In this document: one piece after another, positions 10,042-20,877 of the stretch
Position numbering within the stretch: the first letter of the stretch is position 1
How the letters are laid out: each line of letters begins with the position of its first letter
DNA from: Schizochytrium sp. TIO01
Taxonomy: Eukaryota > Protista > Bigyra: Labyrinthulomycetes
Length of the DNA: 64,000 nt
Direction: 5' to 3'
Assembly (NCBI GenBank): GCA_004764695.1
Contig: SMSO01000033.1
Coordinates: forward strand, 2,480,001-2,544,000
Program-made: the position numbers and the translations under genes
Notes under the pieces: model-generated
Databases searched by the model: none
What the model was told of the DNA's origin: nothing
What the model saw: the letters and a program-made list of their open reading frames with translations, nothing else

Positions 10042-10548
10042 TCATGCAGCCATTGCAGTGGCAACATCCGAAGTGCTGATGTTATGAAATAGACTGTGAA
10101 TTGAGTAGCATACATGTGTGGACGTAGTGGGTGCCATTTCACGCATAATCAGGTATGCGAAAGAGGCTGCTCCTGCCCAGTTTTGAATCATAACTTCAGA
10201 GGCTTCCCTAGTGCTGAAGAAGTGTGCCTTGGGCGCTTCCTCGCGTGGAGCACCTAAACAAACCACGCATGCTGGTAGGGGTCTTTTCTTGCTGCGTGTG
10301 TTATCTGCGTCCATCCGAATTGAGCCTCGAATGAATATAACGTCGTGCAACATACGGGCCGTTGGTTCTGCGTGGAAGAAAGCAATGTTCAGGCGGCACG
10401 GGATCAGCGCCACGGCGGGCTGTTGGCTAACGACAATGGATTTAAGGAGGTCGGAGAGATTGGACATAGAAACAAGCATTTTTTTTTGAGTTTTAATCAA
10501 ACCTGCTGTACGCAGGTGTTCTTCAATTTCCGAAGCACTGAAAGACAT
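10042..10548 (-). CDS. Degenerate phage-type DNA N6-adenine methyltransferase (Dam-like) protein lacking NPPY
   Basis: VALIPCRLNIAFFH ... DVIFIRGSIRM ... PLPACVVCLG follows the phage Dam family pattern VxLLPARTDxxWFH ... EIRFIRGRLKF ... APFxSxxVxF. The position of the NPPY motif reads VSMS. Intronless 168-aa ORF with ATG start. Confidence 0.5.
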   Translation of the reverse strand: MSFSASEIEEHLRTAGLIKTQKKMLVSMSNLSDLLKSIVVSQQPAVALIPCRLNIAFFHAEPTARMLHDVIFIRGSIRMDADNTRSKKRPLPACVVCLGAPREEAPKAHFFSTREASEVMIQNWAGAASFAYLIMREMAPTTSTHVCYSIHSLFHNISTSDVATAMAA

Positions 10549-10667
10549 TGTGTGCTCACGTTTTTAGTAAACCTCGTACTTGGGGTTTAGAAAGTCTTTT
10601 CGGTAAAAGAATCTCATTTGGGTTAGTGTAACTAAAAAACAATTCATGATTCGCGGAGCTTTAGAAA
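10549..10667. promoter_or_regulatory. Putative 119-bp bidirectional promoter
   Basis: Short AT-rich spacer between divergent ATGs, with ACTAAAAA(A)C on each strand (10560-10568 minus, 10631-10640 plus) just upstream of each start codon. Confidence 0.3.
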
Positions 10668-11216
10668 ATGAAGATTCCGAGTAAGCTTCGCGGCTACCTA
10701 AGCCCCTTTGAAACCAACGTCTGGAGTCATATCTCTCCCCGTTTTGAAGGTTGTTGCCTGCGCCTTGCTGAGCTTTGTAAGAACAAGCCTAGTGACAGAG
10801 AGATGAATGAGATTGAAATGATCGTTGCTGATCTTCAAGATCTCTGTTCTGTTGGAATTAATTTGGAGAGGTTTACTCTTTTGATGGATGAGATGCAAAA
10901 GGCTATATATGTGTATAACCTGGTCGAATCATCTACACTTGATGTTCTCTATATCTATGAATCGCGTGCTCTCGAGAGATTTCAGGCTCGGGTGGACCTG
11001 TTCAAAGAGATTCTTCACCAGTTTGAGCAGCAAGATGAAGAAAAATTCAGCTTGGTTCCCTTTACACTTGATAATAAACCCGTCGATTTAGATCATGTCA
11101 TACATCGTCTAGGAGATTATGACGAAATGATGGCACTTTTCATTAACTTGGCCGGAAACTACGACACAACGCCAGATACTCCTTTCAGTGAGAAGGCCTT
11201 CTTTGCTGAATTTTAA
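10668..11216 (+). CDS. Hypothetical acidic, probably helical protein (182 aa)
   Basis: Intronless ORF with an AAAATG start context and protein-like composition. No motif recognised. Confidence 0.55.
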   Translation: MKIPSKLRGYLSPFETNVWSHISPRFEGCCLRLAELCKNKPSDREMNEIEMIVADLQDLCSVGINLERFTLLMDEMQKAIYVYNLVESSTLDVLYIYESRALERFQARVDLFKEILHQFEQQDEEKFSLVPFTLDNKPVDLDHVIHRLGDYDEMMALFINLAGNYDTTPDTPFSEKAFFAEF

Positions 11217-11271
11217 GTGTAAGAAATTTGAAGTCTTATTTTCAAATTTATTTGTTTACTCGTTCAGAAGG

Positions 11272-11960
11272 TCATTGAAAGGAGTCTCGGATTCGTTTGC
11301 GATTACTAGCAAACCCCAGAAGTGTGTTTAGTTCTTTCATTTCTTGGTCCCTGTTTTTCTTGGTGGTTTTGTCTTGTGAGGAGCGGCCAAAATCGATCAA
11401 GTGGGCGGTCTTGGGAGTGGTGTCGATGGCGATATTACGCAGCGCGATGGAGCACACCGACCTGGTGCAGCGCGGAAAGTGATGCTCAAATGGCTGTAAT
11501 TGCCCAGCTACTGTTAGCAAGAATAAGTTCTTTTGTTGAGGTTGTGGCAATGATGATTCGTTTATGATATGTGCCGCCGTACACCAAAAAGGGCACGTGT
11601 TTACCCTGGAGCGGGCGCAGGGGGCCAAGGTACAGCTTAACTTCGTTGAGAAAAACTGATTTTTCGAACTCATATGTCTCTCTCGTCCAGTCTTTAGAGA
11701 CCGGCATGGTCTTCACAAAGATATCCCAGTTGAAGTCTTTGTCTGAACCCCAGGGAATCCGAACCACATAACTTGTAACAACTCGGTAGTCTTTAGACCA
11801 CGGCAGCGGCATTAAAAGGTAAGCTTCCTCCTTGAAAGGTGAAACCTCAATAAGATTGCTGCGTAGCTCCTCTATATTTCCTGCGGGTGGTTTTCGACCT
11901 AACATGAATTGTAAGGCTGTTTCGCTCACCTTATCTTTGAACTTCTCTGCAGCTCTATCG
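11272..11960 (-). pseudogene. Protein kinase-like pseudogene (resembles Crinkler-associated / fungal-type kinase domains)
   Basis: FLNEVKLYLGPLRPLQGKHVPFLVYGG, in-frame TGA at 11486-11488, ASLSALHQVGVLH, then a frameshift to IALRNI...HLIDFGRS. The Asp of the HxD catalytic loop is deleted. Confidence 0.7.
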
Positions 11961-11973
11961 GTTATGCAAGCTA

Positions 11974-12239
11974 GCAAGGCAAGCAAGGCAAGCAAGGCAA
12001 GCAAGGCAAGCAAGGCAAGCAAGGCAAGCAAGGCAAGCAAGGCAAGCAAGGCAAGCAAGGCAAGCAAGGCAAGCAAGGCAAGCAAGGCAAGCAAGGCAAG
12101 CAAGGCAAGCAAGGCAAGCAAGGCAAGCAAGGCAAGCAAGGCAAGCAAGGCAAGCAAGGCAAGCAAGGCAAGCAAGGCAAGCAAGGCAAGCAAGGCAAGC
12201 AAGGCAAGCAAGGCAAGCAAGGCAAGCAAGGCAAGCAAG
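11974..12239. repeat. (GCAAGGCAA)n 9-bp minisatellite, about 29 perfect copies
   Basis: Seen directly. It produces the SKA/LLA/CLA/CLP repeat ORFs in the track. Confidence 0.97.
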
Positions 12240-12377
12240 AAGCAAAACAAAGCAGAAGCAAAAGCAAAGCAAAAGCAAAGGATGAGTGATAATTCGATTG
12301 ATCCACCCCCATATTTTTTTAAGCAATCCAATTTAGTTTTCTTGTAGACATCTTACCATTCTGTTGTTTGGTCCAAT

Positions 12378-12461
12378 CAAATAGATATTCAAACAATCGC
12401 AATTATAAGCCCATGACTCACTACCTTGACGCCCTTGGCGCCAAAGTTGCTACGATCGGTC
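12378..12461 (-). pseudogene. Highly decayed LRR exon (TDRSNFGAKGVKVVSHGL...*ISI)
   Basis: G7, G10, V11-K12 and L18 match the array exons. It contains a stop. An array-like donor (gtaagatgtc) lies about 20 nt further downstream at 12356. Confidence 0.35.
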
Positions 12462-13365
12462 TCATTAATGAAGCGATTGCTAGAAAAGCTGCTAATTCGG
12501 TTGAGTTTCAGCAAGCACCACATGCGATACATATATGTATGGTCATCAATCATCTCTAACCCGGCTTTCCATTTGTCTCATTTAAGTTGTTTTGCTGTTG
12601 GATTATACTGCAACAAAGGAAACAGTTTATCCATGATGCTCACGATACCATTTTTTTAACCCGTGCGTGTTCAAGAAGCTTTCTGATTTCGTGTATATTT
12701 CATATTTAATCTTGACCATGTGAACTTAACTCTAGGCATAGAGCGCCCTGTCGCAGCAATTTAAGTGCGTACACAACGTAGGAGGCTTCACTCATAGCAA
12801 TTTCTTCAAAAACCCACAAAGCTTCTTTTCGAGCTAAAAGCCGCTCAAGCAAAGCGCCACTGGTTAATTAACCTACGTTGTAGTCCTAGGAATTAGCTAA
12901 GGTGAAAGAGGAAACTGCTTTTATCCTTATACACTCAAGTCTCTGCTGCGCGTTGAGTCGGATGATCAGGTTCTGCAAGCACTTGTACTAAATTGTTGTT
13001 GCTGTGCACGTGCCGAAAGAGCTCCATATTACTAGTACTACCGAAGTCCATATCTCATATCGCTTAGTATTTAATTCTGGCCTTTAAAGTTGTAAGAAAA
13101 TATAATAAGAAACTAAAAAAACGGGAGATGATTTATATATTCAGAATCAGCAAGGTACCTAAGCACTTGAATAAATTTGTCAGCCTGATGTCTCTCGTCA
13201 AGCGAAGGCTCAAGGTTAGGAAGCCTTGAATTAGCTCAAAAGAAGGGCAGTTTGGGGATTATTCACAGCAGCATTTGACCGGAAAAGAAAAAAAATGAAA
13301 CATCATTCATACAAAAGTCATAAGGTCGATAAGTAAGTTGTCTGTCTAATCACAAATAGTTGGGT

Positions 13366-15396
13366 TTAGCTGTGTGTGGGTGATGGAGGAGGGGCTGGAG
13401 GAGACACAGAGGGAAGAGGGTCAGCCATTAAGGCAGGTACAGGCGAAAGAATTTCACTATCAAGATGTTGAACTGCTGTCACAAGCTCATTGTCAATTTC
13501 ATCATCATCATCATCGTCGTCGTGGTCGTGATCGCTTGACGCAAACTGGGCTTTGGGGAGCACCGTCAGGGGTGGGGGGCGAGGCTTATTGATGCCAGTT
13601 CTGACACCAGCACGCGTTGGGCACTTTTCCATGGTCGAAGCGTAGGCAACAAGAACCTCTCTGGCAGCAGTAAGGTTCCAGAATTTGCGAGAACGCATAT
13701 TAATCAAACGGGCGCGTTGCCAATCGCATGACGGGAAAAGAGCGTCGAGGAAGCGGGGAAAGACGTCCATGCGAAGCTCTTTGATAAGAAAGGCTTCCAT
13801 GTCGCCGAACATGTTAAGGGTAATGTGGCCGTTGTCAAGCTTATCGGTGAGAACGTTCTCAAAGGATTTGCATGAGCAGACCCAATGTTGTGCCTCAGAT
13901 TTGATAAACTTTTGATAAATTTTCAAGGCTTCTGCTTTGCGTTGCGCAGGAGACCAGCGTGAGAACTGGTTGCGGAACCTATGTGTAGCTTGAAGGAATA
14001 GGACATTTTCGCTGGCAAACTCTGCCTCGACGAAGGCCAACAGCGCCTTTGAAATATCGCTGTTTTCCAGGATGTGCTGAAACTTGATCTTACAGCAGTG
14101 CTGCTTCTCGGCGGCCTTCATGCTAGCCAAGGGGTCGCGCGAGACTTCGTCATCGTCATCTTCCTTGTCGATATCTTCGCCATCGGAGGTGGCTCCAGTA
14201 GTGGCGGCAGCCTCTGCCTTGGATCGTGAGTCTTTACGCGAAAGTCCAGTGATACGGTTGCGTAAGCCGAGTGTGATGCTGTTACGTTCGCGCTTGTATG
14301 TTTTATTTGCGTTACGGAAAGAACCGGACCGTCTGAGGAGTCCAGATCGTCCACGCAGAAGAGACCCATGCACGGTGGGTCGTTTAGTCTGTTTGTCGAG
14401 CTTGCTCGAGGCGCTCTGGCCAACCTCGAAGTCGTTTTCTGTGTTTGCTGCTGCGGAAAGCTCTTGCGCTTCAGTATTTCCTGCTTTCGTGCTTTGTGAA
14501 GAACTAGTGTTAATGTTACTGCTGCTCGCAAATTTCCCGCTGTTACGTTTTCCAAATCCCGCGTTGGCAATGCCGGTGGTGCTAAGGCTGCTGAGTGTTC
14601 TGAGGAGTTGCTTCCCGCTGCCACCGGTCATAAAGGAGGGTTTCTTGCTTCCTTCTGCATCGTCTGTATGAGCACTACCTTTGCCTGAACGTTTTTTGCC
14701 GCTGTTGCTATCTTCGCCTTGTATGCATTTAATCTTCTCGCCGCACAAAAGGGCGTCCAAGGCGTTTGCGGTGTCTGGGGTCCACGAGGGTGACCTAAAG
14801 ACGGGTCTTGCGCCATTTAATGGCGAGACTCCTGAAGGTGCTGGTGCTGTTTTTTTTGCGCCAGACCACTCAGTATCGTCGTGAAGATTTTGGTTTGCTG
14901 ATGATGTTGAAAATGACGATGAAAAGGAAGAGTTTGTTGTCTTATTGCCACAGTCGTCATCCCAGTCCTGGCCATAGTGCTGGTGGGGGTATGGTGTCGA
15001 TGCGGTGGAGGTTGAGGCTATCTGTGGCTGTGGCACGACCTGCGTGCCGCCTGCCTTCTCCATACGCTTTGAGGATGAAGCGCGAAGTAGGCGCTTGGAG
15101 GACTTGCGAGTCGGCATAGTAGTTGTGAGCGGTGGGGTTTCGCATCCATCCGCAACGCCAGGTCCGGATCCTGCGTCCTCTAGCACGGGCTCCTCCTGAT
15201 GTTCTTCCAGTGCTCCGCCAGCCAACTTGATCGAGGCCAACCCGGACAGAGTTGAAGTCTCTGCGTGGGCTTGCGGGAGCCTCGACCTCGCCGTGTGGCC
15301 TCGATGTGTCTGAATTTGGCGGTCGTCCAGAGCGGCCAGTTTTTTCTGCATACCCGCCTCCGCCGCGCCGGCGGTCCTCCCGCCGCGCTCCTGCAT
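13366..15396 (-). CDS. RGS (regulator of G-protein signalling) domain protein with long disordered N-terminus
   Basis: 676-aa ORF containing FQHILEN...LLAFVEAEFASENVLFL...ALKIYQKFIK...DVFPRFL, an RGS domain. Confidence 0.88.
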   Translation of the reverse strand: MQERGGRTAGAAEAGMQKKLAALDDRQIQTHRGHTARSRLPQAHAETSTLSGLASIKLAGGALEEHQEEPVLEDAGSGPGVADGCETPPLTTTMPTRKSSKRLLRASSSKRMEKAGGTQVVPQPQIASTSTASTPYPHQHYGQDWDDDCGNKTTNSSFSSSFSTSSANQNLHDDTEWSGAKKTAPAPSGVSPLNGARPVFRSPSWTPDTANALDALLCGEKIKCIQGEDSNSGKKRSGKGSAHTDDAEGSKKPSFMTGGSGKQLLRTLSSLSTTGIANAGFGKRNSGKFASSSNINTSSSQSTKAGNTEAQELSAAANTENDFEVGQSASSKLDKQTKRPTVHGSLLRGRSGLLRRSGSFRNANKTYKRERNSITLGLRNRITGLSRKDSRSKAEAAATTGATSDGEDIDKEDDDDEVSRDPLASMKAAEKQHCCKIKFQHILENSDISKALLAFVEAEFASENVLFLQATHRFRNQFSRWSPAQRKAEALKIYQKFIKSEAQHWVCSCKSFENVLTDKLDNGHITLNMFGDMEAFLIKELRMDVFPRFLDALFPSCDWQRARLINMRSRKFWNLTAAREVLVAYASTMEKCPTRAGVRTGINKPRPPPLTVLPKAQFASSDHDHDDDDDDDEIDNELVTAVQHLDSEILSPVPALMADPLPSVSPPAPPPSPTHS

Positions 15397-15674
15397 CGTC
15401 TAGCCTGCTGCCGCGCGCGAGCGAGCAAGCAAGCAAGCAAGCAAGCAGGCAGGCAGCCGAGCGGTCGATGGTATTCGAAGTTTGTTTTGTTTGTTTGGGC
15501 TTTTTCTTCTTCAGGTTTCGAAACTTTCTATTTTGTTTGTTTCGATGTTGTTTCCTTTTGGTTTCTGTTTTCTTTTCTTTTAGCGCCAATGAGACTTCCT
15601 TTCCAAGTTAATTCTTTCTTCTCAGCTGGACCCCTCCTCCTTAACACCTTCCTACCCTTAACTGCTACAACCAA

Positions 15675-15675
15675 A

Positions 15676-15770
<95 letters not shown>
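15675..15770. repeat. (AAAG)n microsatellite
   Basis: Seen directly. Confidence 0.95.
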
Positions 15771-15771
<1 letters not shown>

Positions 15772-18332
15772 AGAAAAAGTTTTTCACTCATTCATTCTTT
15801 GGACGATAAGTCTCACAGCTGTTCATTCTTTCATTTCCTTCGTCGATAGTATAACTTTAGCAGAGATAATATGATACGGTTGTTCATTCTTATTAACGAA
15901 TTTAAAAATCTATAATCTATGAAGGAGTTTACAATTGAAGTGCGTGCGAGCGAGCTTTAGGAGCGGGCTACCGTTTCTGCTAAGTGCTGAGATTCTTTGT
16001 TTCGCACTTTGCAATAAGCAAACTCGGGGAAAACTAAGTTGAGACACGAAACGAGCCTGAAATGAAAATGAAAAGCCAAAAGTTCTTCGCGTTTCGTTGG
16101 ATGGAGAAGAGTTGGGAAAGCTTAATGACCGCAGAGGTTCTCGTTTCTCGGCCCTCGATTTGGTCGCGGTTTTGCCAGCGCTTCCGGAACAGCTTATATC
16201 GCAAAGGCATAATAAAACTCACGGCGCAAAGTGCGGTTCTCCCTCGATGATTGAACTATTGTTTTAGAAACAACACCGTTGAACAACAAACAAAGAAACA
16301 AATTCAAACAAAGAAACAAACAGCAAAAAGTCCATTAATCAAATCGATCGACACTTTTTCTTTTCTTTTCTTTTCTTTTCTTTTCTTTTCTTTTCTTTTC
16401 TTTTCTTCCTCTTCTGTTTTGGCTGTAGTTTCGATTGCTTCGATTCCCTAAACCCGCTTTTCGATGCGATTGCGAATTCTTTCTTCGATCAGCGCAGATC
16501 TTCAGCTTAGCGCCTTCATTCCCATACCGAGTTTTTCGTTCGCCTAATCGTTGATCCCGAATTCGATTCACCTCTTACAAGACGACTGAGTGAGAGGACT
16601 TATTTATAGAAACAGAAACAGAAAGAGCAGAAGTCTAAACGGGCTTTTAAAAAAGTAAGGGGCAAGGAAAGAAAGAGAGAAAGAAAGAAAGAAAATTATT
16701 ACTTGGACGCATACAAGACCCGTGTAATGCATGCCATAGTCCTCACCTAAGTCTCGTTAGAGGCGTGGCCAAAAGAAAAGAGTGAACTGACTCATTTTTT
16801 GTTTCTATCTTCTATAAAAAGCAACAACAAACTCATGAACGAATTCGAGTTTTTAAAAATACTTTAAAAATAATTATAGAGGTTCAAGTTCTATGAATGA
16901 AGGAACAAACGAACGAACGAACGAACGAACGAACGAATAAGTGAATAAATCAATACCCTGCTTGACTCCCTTCGTTTCTAATCCATCAAAGGCGCAGAGC
17001 CAACTTGAAGAACTAAAAGCTCATGAAGACAGGACAGTGAGAATCCTATCTAACGCAGACATATCGACCGTCTGTGAGACGAAAGGCAAAGCTTAAGAAA
17101 GCGAGAGACCCTAAAACTCTCAGCTTATCCAGTTTGTTCTGTTCTATTGTGTTCTGTTCCGTTCTGTTCTGGTCCATTTCACATGATAGGCTGAAGAGTC
17201 AATGCGATGAATAGATAAGATATAGAGAGAGATCAACAAAATGATCGTCAAAACCAAAGATCTAATTCTTCGTTTCCCATCACCGGGTTATCGACTCGAG
17301 GTCAGTCTATGAAGGCGAAGACCGGGTCAAGAGCCGCGGTCGAGTGTCGCTCTAAACTGTGCGTGCGGTGCGGCTGCCGCCTTGGACCTGCGGTGGAGGC
17401 GGAGTTTGTAAAGCCAAAGATCTGCGGATTCAATTAAACGACGGTCTGTGATGAGAAAATGGCGAAGAAGAAGGTGGAACTGAGAAGAAGAAGAAGGAAG
17501 AGGGCCAATCTTCCTTTCTTTGTCCTTTAATAAGTCAATACTGTCTCTACATTACAAAGCAATTCGCCTTTAATTCAAAGCAGCAGTAGGTACCATCGTA
17601 ATAAGGCACCGAGGGGGCCAGTCCATCAGGTTCTGTAAATGTAAAACCTGTGGCTTCGGGCTCGGTCTGCCTGCAAACTCGACCGAAGCCGCTTGCCTCG
17701 CCCAAACGTAGGCGGCACATGCTGGCATCACTGTTTGCAAACAAACTTATCCTGCTGCGCCAGTCAGCGGCTTCACGCACGCCTCAGTGATGCTTTGGAG
17801 CTCTTCTTCGATCTCGTTCGTTTCAGGCCTAGCGAGCGCTGCGGCTCCCCAGCTAGGGATTACGCTAGCTCACCTCGGGTTCACATCTCAGGCATGTGCC
17901 GGCGATGGATTTCTCTTCTCGTTTGAGAGAATCCGCATTGCTTCAATTCGTCGCCGTCGTCGTCGTCGTCGTCGATGGTGATTGGATCTCAAGCTCGCTC
18001 ATCGATGAGAGCCGCCTCGAGAAGGGGCCGACGAGGTGCGAATGCTGGTTGAGGCGACCCTCACGACCAAACTTTGCGCCACAACGAGAGAAGCGGCGTG
18101 CAATAATTGTGAGTCAACGCAGACAGACTCTGAAAGACGTTTAAAAGACACGCGATAAGAAGAAGGTAAAAGAGCGAAGAAAGAAGAGAATCGAAAAGGT
18201 GTTTTGGCTGTTCGCTGGGCTTTTAGACTTCTACGAGTAGCAGCAGGAAAGCGCGATCGGATGCTATAAAGCCGCCTGGATGAGCACAGACGGACGGAGA
18301 GATATGGACGATCAGCTAATCCATCGAACGAT

Positions 18333-18485
18333 CAAACAAACAAACAAACAAACAAACAAACAAACAAACAAACAAACAAACAAACAAACAAACAAACAAA
18401 CAAACAAACAAACAAACAAACAAACAAACAAACAAACAAACAAACAAACAAACAAACAAACAAACAAACAAACAAACAAACAAAC
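18333..18485. repeat. (CAAA)n microsatellite
   Basis: Seen directly, about 38 copies. Confidence 0.95.
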
Positions 18486-19865
18486 GACCGCTTCGATTTC
18501 CTTCGGTAATCACATTTCTTTCAGAAAAAAACAAAACAAAAGAAGCCTTCTTGACAGACAGAGTAGGTAGGTACTGTGTACTACCTACCCGCGTAGGACT
18601 ACATAGGGGTTTGTTGGAAAACTGAGATGCGAATTGTCCTCGCGAAAAAGAACAGCGAGGAGAACACGTGGCTTAGCAGGATGTTAACGAGGGCTAGTCA
18701 GTCGCCATGAGAGCCACTTGAGAGGGAAGAGAACAAAGGGGGTGCAGAAGAAAGAGAGGCAGACGGAAATTACCATCATTCTTGAAAGAAACAACTTTGT
18801 ACTGATTAAAATGAGTTAAATCTATGTTGGTTTAAGAAAATTATAAGCAGATCATGATATCGCCTATTCTAAGTAAAAAAACAACATTAAGAAATACTAA
18901 AATAATGTAATAGCCAGGTAGGTACAGTAAAAAACATGAGACACGAATGCAGAACGAGTCAACTGCGTGAATCAATATGAGCTTTGGCGGTTCTTGAGTC
19001 GAAGCCGAAGGCGTAAGAGCAAAGTAGATCTTTCCGCGCTCGATGAACTAATAAAAAATAAAAGAGCACAACCTGAAAAAAGTTGATTTCTCTGCCCTCC
19101 TTTCCAAATGTTTAACTGATTTTTAATTTAAAAAGAAAAGAAGAAAAGAAGAAGAAAAAAAAAAATAAGGAAAAAGAAGAGAAAGTAAAGAACGGTAAAG
19201 TATACTACATAACGAAAACTTTAAAAAAAAGAAGAAAAGAGACTCATCCACCTTAACCTGTGCCTGGAGGGGCGTCCCCTGAATAAGCAGGGGATCCCTC
19301 TTTTCCCTGCCCACTAAATTTCTTTATCCGCGGGGAAAAGGTTCCCCCCCTGTTATCCCCCCCTACTTCCACCCCCCAGGCCCATGCGAATTCTGAGTTC
19401 CACCTTAAGTTTGCAGTGTGAGTCTCCTCCTCCTTCATGGACCTCTTTCTTCCCCGATTTCGATGTTTTCTCGAGACCGTCTTCGAATCCTCGCGAGAAA
19501 GCCTCTCAGGCCGACTGGATTGGTGGCTTATGGGCAGCACGGCCCACGCAGGTGCACGGCCTGAGACGCTCAGCGGCACTCTCCAAAGTTTCGCCAAGGG
19601 GTCGAGGTCGAACCCAAAGGCCAAGGTGGCCAAGGAGTCAGAGCTTTCGAGGAATAGGTCGTCGAATTCTCTCTTCCTTTGCCTTATCAATCTATCTGTC
19701 AATCAATAATCTGTTAACCCATTTCTTTTTACTTTCGCTTCTCTTTCAAGATAGGGAGAAAGGAAATGCTGAACAGAGAGGGTCTCTTTCATTGGGAGAG
19801 TTGGTTGTGGAAAACATGGAGCAATAGAAAGTTAGTGGGCTGTTTAGGTATTGTCTGCAAAGCCT

Positions 19866-19958
19866 TCATTCGATCATTCATTCATTCATTCATTCATTCG
19901 ATCATTCATTCATTCATTCATTCATTCATTCATTCATTCATTCATTCATTCATTCATT
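19866..19958. repeat. (CATT)n microsatellite
   Basis: Seen directly, with two CGAT interruptions. Confidence 0.9.
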
Positions 19959-20846
19959 CAAGTTTGCGTTTACTATCACTCAACTCTGTACGTGAAGATT
20001 GGATACGTAACGCTAACCGCCCTAGTATCTGCCATAGGTCTCTTCGTGCTAAATAATATAATTAGTAACATCATAAGTTTCTTTAAAACTTAATAAAAGC
20101 TGTACTATATAAGCACTTCGTTATAAGATCAACAGAAGAAGAGAATTTCAAGAGAAGCGTTGCCAGAATGACCGAAACAGAGACGGGTCGATCGATCGAT
20201 CGATGGATACGCAAGTAGCCAGGAGTAGCTAGCTCGCTTGAAGGGCGGCAGCCTAATCGAAAGGCTGAGGACGGCCGGCTTTCGGTCAGCCTGGAGCCCT
20301 CTTCTCTTCTCTTCTCTTCTCTGGAGACCGGCCTTGCCCAAGCTTGCGGACAAGGAGCTGCGTGTTTCATTCTGGCTGTGCCAATTATTGTGCTTTTATT
20401 ATTTCCAAACTGAATGAACATACTTTTTCTAATAAGCAACTTGAAAAACAAGGGCGAATAGTAATAGCGCCTCTCTGTTCTCCAAGCTGAAGAAACGACG
20501 CGGGTGTTAGAACACCTGGATAGAGGGGGAGTAACTAGGTACTACTGACCTGCTTCCGCCGTTCTGTTCTGTTCTGTTCTATTCTATTCTGTGGCTCCAG
20601 CTCAGGTTCACAGGGAAGCGGAGAATCGAATCGTCTATCGCCGTGTTTTCTTTCTTTCTTTTTTTCTTTCTTTTTGTTCTTTTGTTTGTCAAATATTCTC
20701 CGGAAGAAAGAGAGAGAGAAGGAGAGCTGCTTGATTGATGTACGGCCTCGTTCACTGAGTGCTCCTCGAGAGGATCGAGAACGAGGTTAGTTTATAAGTG
20801 GTTCTTCATTTCGTTCTTCCGAACGACTGCTCACGAAGAAAGAGAG

Positions 20847-20877
<31 letters not shown>

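Noticed and set aside
11832-12347. (SKA)n, (CLA)n and (CLP)n repeat proteins
   Set aside because: Artefacts of the stop-free 9-bp minisatellite.
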